A DNA stretch of 64,000 nt from Callorhinchus milii (Eukaryota), in assembly GCF_018977255.1 (NCBI RefSeq), contig NW_024704742.1, positions 65,598,001 through 65,662,000 of the forward strand, written 5' to 3'. Under the pieces are notes generated by a model. It saw nothing but the letters and a program-made list of their open reading frames with translations, was not told where the DNA came from and did not search any database. A program made the position numbers and the translations under genes. Of the stretch, positions 12,734-23,000 are shown piece after piece. How positions within the stretch are numbered: the first letter of the stretch is position 1; every line of letters begins with the position of its first letter.

Positions 12734-13752
12734 ATAGCTGGAGATAAATGCTCACTCAAACACACTTCCTGGTGTACAGTTTGATGTATGTATTTTAGCT
12801 ATCTTCCCCCACTCTCAGGAACTCCATCCTAGAGTCCTTCTGATGCTCGCCCCCCCCCCCCCCCCCACCCCCGTTCAAGCCCCATTTCAAAACGTTACCT
12901 TTTGGATTGTACTTTTGGTCATCTTTCCCGTTTCCCCACAACCCTTGATTGCAATCCCCAGCTCACGTCCTACTAGCAATGTTAAGCACCTTGTGACATC
13001 CTCTCAACGTGAACAGCATTACATAAATGTAATTTGATTTGTATTCTATGTTAAGTTAATATATATAACAACAACCATTTGCATAGACCCCTTCACAGGG
13101 GAAGGTCTCGGAGTACTTAACAGTAAGGCTTGATGCCAATCCTGAAAGACCAGGGAGGTGCCTGAAGGCACCGTCAAAGAGGAAAGACTGCAGATGTGAT
13201 TTGAAGATGAGCTAAGAGAGGAAAAGATGGAGGGATTGTGAAGGCCCTATATGAACACAAGTTGTTGTTGTTGGATTCCCCAAGCCCCTGTGCCTAAATT
13301 CCTCAGGAATAGGTAAATATGGTGCAACTCTCTGGGGAGAGAGAGTGCACATTCCATTCTAGACTAAGGAGGTTTGGAGACTCTTAAGCATGAAGGTGGT
13401 TTTCCACGTGTGTCAGACACCGTAAGATGGAAAAAATGAGCAAGAAGTGCATGAATCCAAGGAATTATGTAATTGGAAGGGAGAGAATGAGATAAGTATG
13501 TTTCATGATCAGATAATTCTGCTTTAAAAAATGGAGATTTATTGATATTAGAAATGTTTTCTTTAAGGACCTCATTAGGGCCTTTTTCAATAAGGAGTAG
13601 AACGTGTAACAAACAATGTTACTGAACCTTATTTTCATTGGTACATAGTACATTGGTACATACACTGCCTTGATATTCTGTGTGCAAAACGTATTCTATT
13701 TTCTAATGTATACTGGCGCTGATTTGCACTACATTATTCATGACACCTTTAG

Positions 13753-13831
13753 GATCTGCAGCAGACTTGTGCAAAATGGCAATGATTAAAGTCTTCACGT
13801 GTATCACCTCATCCTCCTCTCTCACTGCCAG
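13753..13831 (+). CDS. POLN: DNA polymerase nu internal exon
   Basis: TAG|GA...CCAG|GTAGGG, 79 nt. Translates (G)SAADLCKMAMIKVFTCITSSSSLTA(R), completing the QGSAAD motif. Confidence 0.96.
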
Positions 13832-14879
13832 GTAGGGAGCTGTACATTGCAGAATTCACAGCCTGTGTGCTTTTCTGGTGTATTGTTTTTTGCTGGGATG
13901 AATTCAATCTAAATCCTGGAGCAAGTAAGTTGTCGATGAAGAGAAGAAAAAGAATCGTTTTGTACTGTATGTAAAAAAACAGCATGCACCTACAATGAAA
14001 GAAGCAAAAGTATAAATTGAAATGATATTTATTTTAAATAACATTGAATCTATTTTAAGTCTAGTTTGCAGACATACCAGGAGGCAGTGACACGCAGACT
14101 CCTCTTGCTCTGATTTTCACTCTCGCTGTGGGAAAGTGTCTGTGTGCACTGGAGCAGCTAATGGTGTATCTCTGCCCATTGTTTTGAAGGGCATGTTTAG
14201 GACAGGCACAGTTTGCACAGAGGGTAATCGTGAGCTGGAACAGGTGACTGGGATTGGTGGTTGGAGCCAGGACACTGGTTTAATTTAAGAAATAGCTTGT
14301 AGCAGTAATAGGAATGGTTGGTATTTTGTATTTTCATGTACCCACCTCCCCCCGCTACCCCCACCCATGATCCTGCAGTGTGTCCTTTGTGGCTGAAGTT
14401 CAGTACCTCACAAGCTTAGTGGAATAAGTCCCAGGTAGGGAAGGATTGCATGGGAGGTCCAAGCTGAGTTAGTTGGGACACAGGTAATATTCTTACAATA
14501 TAATACATAATATATATTATAGTTTGGGACACGACATGTATGTGTGACTGCCAGGATGGTGGAAGGCAAACTAGATGGACCATGGTCTTGTTTGGCCTAG
14601 TAAATTCTTATGTTCTTGTTTTCCTTTAACTGTGATTGGATGAAGTGCAGTACTGACACTCCCTGCAATTAAGTTACTTTTGACTGAGAAATAGCGGATG
14701 AACTGGAAGACCAACGTGAGGGTGGCTTCAGCCTGATTTAATCAATCATTTCAAATTACTCTAGTTTTACATTTTGAATTAATTTTTTTTTCCCCTAGTA
14801 TCTGGTCCCAAAGTCCAACCAAAACTCCTTTATTCTCTGCTACAGTACTTTAACATTTTTGCTGGATAGTACAAGATTC

Positions 14880-15278
14880 TTAGCTCAGCACTCTGGCCTC
14901 CTGGTGAGACTGTGTGGGTTCAAGCCCCACTTTGAACTCACAGTCTAGGCTGACGCTGTATTGGGAGCATTGTATTGTCGGAAATGCTATCTTTTGGATG
15001 AGATGTTAAATCGAGCTCCCGTCTGGCTGTTTTGATGGATGTTAAAGATCTTATGACGCTATTCTAAAAGAGAAGGGAATTTCTCCCGGTGTCCTGTTCA
15101 ACAATCACCCAAATAGAATTAGTCATTCATTTTGTGGCTGTTTGTGGGACATTGCTGTGTGCAAATTGGATGTTGCGTTTGCCTACAAACACACAGTCGC
15201 TGAGCTTAACTGTAAGTACTTTTAAATCACTTTGAGATATTTGAACACAATAAGGATACTACATAATGTAAGTTCTTT
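14880..15278 (+). mobile_element. DeuSINE family B, near full length
   Basis: tRNA-like head GGGTTCAAGCCCCAC, body, Deu domain and tail. Confidence 0.8.
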
Positions 15279-15375
15279 CAATATTCAGGTGGGTCTGTGC
15301 TGAGCATGTTAATGCAATGTCATTGCAGCAATAGGTGATTCTATCCCATGCACTCACTTCAATTCTCTGTTCCAG

Positions 15376-15443
15376 GCTGATAGCTCAGATCCATGATGAA
15401 CTGCTGTTTGAAGTTGAAGATTCACAGATTCAGGAATTAGCAG
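15376..15443 (+). CDS. POLN: DNA polymerase nu exon with catalytic motif C (QIHDEL)
   Basis: CAG|G...GCAG|GTGTGT, 68 nt. Translates (R)LIAQIHDELLFEVEDSQIQELA. Confidence 0.96.
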
Positions 15444-15518
15444 GTGTGTTTATTTTAAAAGCCAAACTGTCTTCATAATTTATACACTAACTGTATTTAT
15501 ACAGTCATTCTATACTCT

Positions 15519-15882
15519 GGAGTTCTGTAGCGTATTGGTTAGAACACTCGCCTCACAAGCGAGAGGACCTGGGTTTGAATCCTGGGCAGGGCAAACCTTA
15601 GGCAAATTTCCTTACTCCACATGCCTCTGTTTACCTAGTAGTAAGTAGGAACCCAGTTGTTAGTCGATTGGCTAATTGGATCGTTTTCCACGAGTAATAA
15701 TCCCTCCCAAAAAAATAATAATAATTGGTCACTCAATCCACAGCAGTTTGTAGGACACTGCTGTGCGCAATTGGCTGCCGCGTTTTGACCACAAATACAC
15801 TTTACAATATATTCTGTGAAGTGCTTTGAAATATTTCAACAACGTGATGAAGTGCTATATCAAATACAAGGATTATTATTAT
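15519..15882 (+). mobile_element. SINE family A, full length
   Basis: tRNA head with A/B boxes, Deu domain, (TTA)n tail. Confidence 0.85.
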
Positions 15883-16131
15883 CCCCAGCCTTCAGGTCAC
15901 TAACTATTGGCTGAGTGCAGTTAAAGCTTTCATTTCGAATATGATCAACTTCTAAGGAGTTTATCACCAGAACTATGAGCACAAAGTCCTGACCTGTGGT
16001 TTCAATCCATAGCCTTCTGACTCAAAGGCTACAGTGCTATCAACTGAGCCAGGCGGACACACGTGTTTTGGGCAGTTTTCTTATAAATTAGATATTGCGT
16101 CATTTTATCTGTGACATCAAGCCCGTATATA

Positions 16132-16239
16132 CGGGGTGACCAAAAAATCGTGATATCTACCCTATTGTTTAAAAAAAATCACTATTTCTTTAAGAGCTAT
16201 TAGACATTGTGATGGTATCACAACGTTTTGGTCACCCTG
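16132..16239. mobile_element. Tc1/mariner-type MITE, 108 bp
   Basis: ~25-bp TIRs (CGGGGTGACCAAAAAATCGTGATA vs CAGGGTGACCAAAACGTTGTGATA), TA on both sides. Confidence 0.8.
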
Positions 16240-16349
16240 TACATGGGTCTTTGGAGAAGCATAAGACTACACATTACGTTGCTGGAAAGAAAGAGAGAGA
16301 GCACCAGAGAGAGAATGAAGGACCGACACAGTGTAGCTCTATATAGTGT

Positions 16350-17260
16350 TCTTTTGGTCAGCTGGGTATCCGGCACATGCGGAAACCCATCACAATCCAA
16401 ACTGAAAGTTGCACATACCCCACTTACGCATTGAAGTTCCTGTGTATTGGAATGGAATGCGCATCCTGCTTAACTAATTCCTGAAAGTATTAGGCGTAGG
16501 CTGGCAGGAGTCGAGGCTTGGGGACCCCAGAGTGTGTGTTGGGGTAACTGCTGGAGACTAACCAGCTAAAACCACATTGCCTGCTGTTGAGAGTAGGGTG
16601 GTCCTAGCTTTTCCACTGCTTGTCCAGCTAGGACCATCCTACGTTTTAGGGTGTTTATAGGAGCTGAGTGGGAAGAATTCCTGCCCCCCCATGACTCAAA
16701 GTCCTGCCAATGAGCCAGGTTGGCTGTGCTGTCATCAGCAGTGCCTGGAATACAGCGGACCCACCTAGTGCAGGAATAGGACTACCGGGACCACCACAGA
16801 GGGTGGGCTCGATTATGACATTTCATTCCCAAATATGTCACCTTGATGCCAGTTCAGCTTCTGGTTACCTCCTTCCCCCAAGGAGAAGTCACTAGTTGGT
16901 CATTTGACTTCCAACAAGTGTGGTTTTGAGCCCTCACTAGGCGGATGGCAGATACCTGGAACTCCTTGCAAGCTTCCTGGTGGGCAGCATAGCTCAACAA
17001 GAAATGTGTGAGAGAATTGCTACCATCTTCCTGCATAGAAATCCCTTCCCATTGCTTGACGATTCCACCCATCGGAGGTGGGAAGATTGAACAGCAGCTG
17101 CTTACCTCTTTACAAATTATTCTGGGTGGATTCCAAGCCCTGCATATATGAACATGGGTTCATGAACTCAGACTCTAGCTAATGCCTTCCAGCAGCTGTT
17201 ACCCCAATCCTCAGAGCTTTCTCATCGTCTAACTGCAGTCAGTGTGGTGGGAGGACCTTT
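16350..17260 (-). mobile_element. Diverged ~0.9 kb 3' copy of the atypical non-LTR element
   Basis: Reverse complement aligns with ~50900-51745 (e.g. GACCACCACAGAGG, ATGTCACCTT, GTCACTAGTTG, CTCACTAGG). Confidence 0.8.
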
Positions 17261-17399
17261 ACAAGACAGGTTATGACATGCTAGCCATCTTGATGCTGTA
17301 TGGCAGGTTTACTCCAGGTCCTCATGTGAGGGGCTTTGGTTTGGCATGCCCACTGTGAAGCCAACTCTCTCTCTAATGTGCTCAGCGACAGGTCAGTGT

Positions 17400-17545
17400 A
17401 GGCTGCAGCCCTCTCTCCCTGCAGCCCCCTCTCCCTTCATGCCCCACCTCCCTGCAGCCCCCACCTGCTTGCACCCCCCCATCCCTGCAGGCTCCATCCC
17501 TGCAGATCCCCACTGCAGCCCCCACCTCCCTGCAGCCCCCACCTG
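17400..17545. repeat. C-rich minisatellite (CTCCCTGCAGCCCCCAC-like)
   Basis: About 6-7 degenerate units. Confidence 0.75.
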
Positions 17546-18339
17546 ACAATTTTTAGTTTGCAAGGTGACCAATTATCCACATTGTTTCCATATGTACAAT
17601 AGGGCCAGTCCCCATTTGTGTGGATAATCAGCACCTGACTATACAATTGGGTTCGCTGGAGCATAATTAGCCTTGTTATTTGTAGCTTCCTGCAGGGAGT
17701 GGATAACTGGAGTTAATGGTCAGTCATTTCACCTAAATACTTTTTGTCAATGGTGAATAAAATGAATGCTTCGTCCATCTGCTTGATTGTTCCTGATGCT
17801 TTTGAGTGACAGTTCTCGACATTATACATTGTTGTAGAAACATTACTGACAAAAATGCCACTTCATTTCTGTGGCCAGATCACAGTCTAGCCTAGGCCCA
17901 GAATGATGTCTTTGTTATTGATTTGTTAATCTTGATCTTTACATTTATATATTACACTTATATACAATCAAGTATATAAGGTGGAAGTTCGCCCACAAAA
18001 ATACAGGATATACACAATCAATTCACTTCACAGTATATTCTGTGAAGCGCTTTGAGATGTCTCGAAGACGTGATAAGGCGCTATATCAAATACAAGGTTT
18101 ATTATTATTATTATTATTATTATTATTGCCACGTGGACCATATTGTGTCTTAACTGTCCTTAACAACAAATTTGGGGCTAAACAGAACTACCCTGATGGT
18201 TTCTCCCTAAATCCTTGAAGAACTGGTTTGCTGCCAACTTGGATTTTAATATAGCCTCTATCTTCAGGTTTAATTTATCCCATTTACAGAATCTTGGTCA
18301 CTAAAACTGACAAGAGGTTGAGGTGAGGCCTTAGAGTCT

Positions 18340-18690
18340 TGGAGTCCTGTAGCTCAGTGGTTAGAGCACTCGCCTTGCAAGCGAGAGATATGAGTTCAGT
18401 TCCAGGTAGGGCGAAACCTTGGGCAAGTTTCCTTACTCCACTCACCTAATAATAATCCCTCCAAAACAAAACAATAATAAATTGGTCATTTTCAATCCAC
18501 GACTGTTTGTGGGACACTGCTGTGCACAATTGGCTACCATGTTTCGCCCACAAATATACAGTCAATTCATTTTACAGTATATTCTGTCAAGTGCTTTGAG
18601 ACGTCTGGAAGATGTGAAAAGCGCTATATAATAATAATCCTTGCATTTGATATAGCGCTTTTCACAAATGCAAGGATTATTATTATTATT
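18340..18690 (+). mobile_element. SINE family A, full length, with inverted insert in its tail
   Basis: GGAGTCCTGTAGCTCAGTGG head through to (TTA)n tail. Confidence 0.88.
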
Positions 18691-19004
18691 GGTAAGTACT
18701 ATATCGACACTTAATAAAATATAATTTTCTTTCATCGCTCCAAACTCCTGCAATGATAAGAGTGTCAAGCTGCTATAATGTAAAAACCTGCTCCTACACA
18801 AAGTCCAGCAAATTCTCTCTGTAACAGTGTCTTTGGGAACTTTGTGAAGAGCTCTGCGTAATGAAATGAGCTTTGTAAAGAATGAGCTTGATAATGTTTT
18901 CCATATCAATTCATTAAACAAAGAGTGTTGTCTTGGAGATCACGATGTATTATCCAGTATTAAAGCGAGTATTTACCAATGCAGACTTTGTACTTTTATT
19001 TTCA

Positions 19005-19225
19005 ACCAGTCACTGGGGGCAGGGAATCATCCCACTCAGCTCCTGTTAACGTGTAAGTCAAAGCCCGAACAGGTAGGGTGGGTTTAGCTGGACAAGCAGT
19101 GGGAAAGCTTGCTAGACAGTAATATCAATGGCAAGCTATGTGGGTTTAGCTGATTAGACTCCAGCAGTACCCCAACTCTGGGGTCCTCAAGTCTTGGTTC
19201 TTGCCAACCTGTGCCTAATACATTT
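19005..19225 (+). mobile_element. 3' fragment of the atypical non-LTR element
   Basis: Aligns with 51340-51560 (CCAGTCACTGGGGGCAG..CCCACTCAGCTCC..AGCTGGACAAGCA). Confidence 0.8.
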
Positions 19226-20714
19226 TTTTTGCTAAACATTGCATTTTCATTTTCTATAAATTACAAATAGGTTTTAATGAACATGAATTTCTGGGGCTTC
19301 CTCGGACACTAATTAGGTTGAGGCTGATGTCATCCTCTGTTACAGTACTAGCATAGAGTGGTAAGTGTATGGTTAAAATAGTTTATCATAGCAGGTTGTC
19401 TATAGCTTGACAAAAGATATCAGCATTTTCCTGCACATCACTTCTGAACTTTTGTCAATTGAAATTTAATAATAATAGTTGTAATAGCCCTTGCACTTGA
19501 TGTAGCACCTCATCATATCGTCGAAATGTCTCAAAGCACATCACAGGGTATACTCTAAATTGTGGTGACTGTGTATTTTGTAGGTGAAATACTTTTACTT
19601 TTTAAAAAAAGTAAACATTTGTCCTCCCGACATTAAAATGCAATTCCTTTACCCGGAGTGTTTTTTTTTTACAACCACACCACTGTTCCATAGGTTATTT
19701 TCCGAGCTTTGAGGAATTATGGATTCATCCATAGTGCTTATTTGCTGGTTGACCCCCCCCCACACACAAATATTAAACTGATGGCATAATTAATGTAAAT
19801 GCAGAAGCTGTTAGTGATGGGATGCTTCCCATTCATCCTACCTCAACTGCCTACAGTTTTTTTCAGTACTAGCATTCACTCTGACCTCCCCCTCCAATAA
19901 CGAGCAGTGGACAAATCTCCAGTGAATATCCAAACACTGTGAATGCTGGAACCCAGTGACTCCAGGCTTTATTATTAGATTTCTCGTGATAACATACTGT
20001 TCTCTTGGGGCTGAAGGAAACTCCATTATAATCAGTAGATCATCTGAAAATCTTGATAAGTCCCAGAGAAGAGAAATAGGTTTGCTTATCCCTGCAAGTT
20101 TCACTGATGTGATTCGACTAAACTTAAGAAGAACGTGCGAATTTACTGAAAATGGTGCTATTAAACATCTTCATCTTAGAACAAGCACCAAAACTGTAAT
20201 ACAATTCACAAGATTGATCTGGAGTAAGAAGCCCTTCAATCCAGTCTCATCCTCCAGAACATCCACCCTACCATCTCCCCATCACTACATCAGCTGCTTT
20301 GCAAATGGATTCTGCGTCCTGGTCTCAAGCACCCTTTCTGCCAAATTATTCTAATCATTGGTTACCCTCTGCATTAAAAAAAACCTCCTGGTATCTATAT
20401 AACTCTCCAATGAATACCATGGAGCCTCATTGTAATGCTGAGTTTAGGATCCACAAAATCCCATCACTATAGCAAGATATACTAGCTCCATGGTATATAA
20501 GCATACCCACCACTGACATCACCTCCTGTTTAATGTGCAAAGCAGGATGTGATGTCATTGTGACTTGCTAATGGACCAATTTTCTTTTAACACAGGAACA
20601 AGCCTGGGTGTAGGGAGTGAGTTGGATAGCTCTTCACTGAGCATTAGAGGAGCCCAAACAATGTGGTTTGTAATTACATACAAGCCCAACTAGTCTGAGC
20701 CGGTGTTTAATAAA

Positions 20715-21022
20715 TAAATAATAATCCTTCCATTTGATACAGTGCTTTTCATGTCTTCTAGATGTCTCAAAGCGCTTCACAGAATATGTGTAAAGTGAAT
20801 TGACCGTATATTTGTGGGCAAAATGCGGCAGCCAATTGCGCACAGCAGTGTCGCACTGCTGGATTAAAAATGACCAATTTATTAGTTTTTTTGTTTTTTT
20901 TGGAGGGATTATTATTAGGCGTGTGGAGTAAGGAAACTTACCCAAGGTTTCACCCTGACTGGAATTGAACCCAGGTTTCTCGCTTGTAAGACGAGTGCTT
21001 TAACCACTGAGCTACAGGCCTC
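20715..21022 (-). mobile_element. SINE family A, full length
   Basis: Reverse complement of the 59771-60087 consensus. Confidence 0.85.
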
Positions 21023-21169
21023 CACATGATATGTTTATACCGCATGATCCTCCATCTCTCGTAATCCTCTCTTTGTGCCTCTCACTCTGCTATTCCCTTT
21101 CCTCCTCTGTCCACTTGCCTTTACTAGCTTTGTTGAGACTAATAATGAACTCATTGTTTTTACAAACAG

Positions 21170-21231
21170 AGCTTGTAAAAAACACCATGGAATCACTGCA
21201 GTGCGTGGAGGCCTTGGGAGTGCACCTGAAG
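21170..21231 (+). CDS. POLN: DNA polymerase nu penultimate coding exon
   Basis: CAG|AG...AAG|GTACGG, 62 nt. Translates (E)LVKNTMESLQCVEALGVHLK; phase matches both neighbours. Confidence 0.93.
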
Positions 21232-22916
21232 GTACGGTCACACTTTGCAATTGTTAACACTAAAACTAAAGTCTAATTCAGTCTAATTACAATATTCCAT
21301 TAATAATAACAACAACTTGCATTTAAAAACACCCTTCACTCACAATAGCGTCATAGAGTGGTCAGTATTAACAAAACATTGACTGTTGAGAGTTTATTGG
21401 TGAACTATGTTATAGTTAAAAACCATAAGAAGCCAATCTTCCTCAGACTGAAATAGTCAGGGTTAGTTTTGTACTTCCTTTGACGTTTTCATTGACTGAG
21501 CCAGAGGTGGACCCTGTCCCCACCTCTCCTTCCCCACTCAATTATTGGTTTGTTACAGATCAGGAAAGCTACTGTTTGGGCTATTATTAGTGTTAGCCCT
21601 GTGTCACTGGATAACATTTTCAAAATGATTTTATTTGGTGTGTTTGATGTATGTTTTCAGTGGCAGTGGTCTGGCAATAAATCGTTTCAATTCTCTTTGC
21701 ACAAGTCAATCCATTGATGCAAACTGAAGTATTTGAGCCATAAAAATAACAATGATTATTTATGGCTGGTTTGACATTAAAGTGGTACTGTATCATGATA
21801 GCATTCAAAAATTGAGAATGCAATGTACAGAATGAATTTACCATGTCAATCTTACCTAGAGTGCTGCAACATTTTACTGAAAGTTAAACCACTGAAGAAC
21901 GATTGTCAGGATTAAATTTCAGATGGCTTCATCATCATAGGCAGCGGCTGAAAATATTCTTGGGTGGGGGTGGACTAAAACTCAGTGAAAGGGTTGGTCC
22001 TCTTTAAACCAGGTGTAGCCTCTATGTCAGGGTCAACGATGGCTGCCTTTCACTCCCCCACATCCCTCAGTGAGCCCTTTCGCCACAGCCAATCCTCACA
22101 CTATCCCCAGCCCGTGGCACCCCCAGGCTCCCTCTTGCCCCTCTCCCAATTTGTCGGCAGCATCTGCCCACTTCCTGTTCGGTGGGCTGCTTGATGTAGG
22201 CTCTGTGCTAACTTCAAAGATGGCCGATCCCACCCCTCTTCACCGCGCAGGCTATGAGGTCCTCTGGTCAATCCGAGGTAAGGACGAGTAGCCCACCGGA
22301 TAGGAAGTGGGTGGTGCTGCTGATGAATTGGAAATGGCAGATGGATTTTAATGTAGTTATAAAGTAAGGTGATGTGGATTAGAAGAAGAAACAGTGAACC
22401 CAGGAAAAGAGATCTGGGTGTGATTATCAATTAGTCATTAATGGTAAGAGACCAGAGGAGGGACAAACAATTCTGGACTGAGAGAGTGTAAAGTTCATCA
22501 CTTTTCAAAAGATCCAGCCCAGAACTCAACTAATAAACAAAAGTTAGAATTCGGTCAATATTAAAAACAAATGGTGTCAAGCAAGGTGGAAGTTTGCCTA
22601 CAAAAATACATAGAATATATTGCTCTTTTATAATACATCGTGTGCAGTGCTTTGCGATGTCCTCCATACATGAAACAGTGCTATAAAAATGTAAGGATTA
22701 CTATCATTATTATATTTACTTGCAGCACTAATTAACACTGGCATTAGTTATAAACTAATTATATTTGTATTAAAAACCACACATTTTACCCCGTTATATT
22801 GTAATCCAATGTGCCTGATTCCTCTCAATGCTTCCATTTTAACCTGAAATATATTTCTTGATTTGAGTGATTCCTTTCTGACACGTATTGATGTGGGTTT
22901 GTTTTACTTCTCACAG

Positions 22917-23000
22917 GTGCCCTTAAAGGTATCTCTTTCCTCTGGGAAGTCTTGGGGTTGGATGGAAGAGCTGCAGGATAGGAAGAGTCCTGGTCAGTAA
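22917..23000 (+). CDS. POLN: DNA polymerase nu last coding exon
   Basis: Polypyrimidine tract plus CAG|GTG. Translates VPLKVSLSSGKSWGWMEELQDRKSPGQ*, TAA at 22998-23000; matches the VPLKVS..G.SWG end of family A polymerases. Confidence 0.94.
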   Translation: MPLKVSLSSGKSWGWMEELQDRKSPGQ

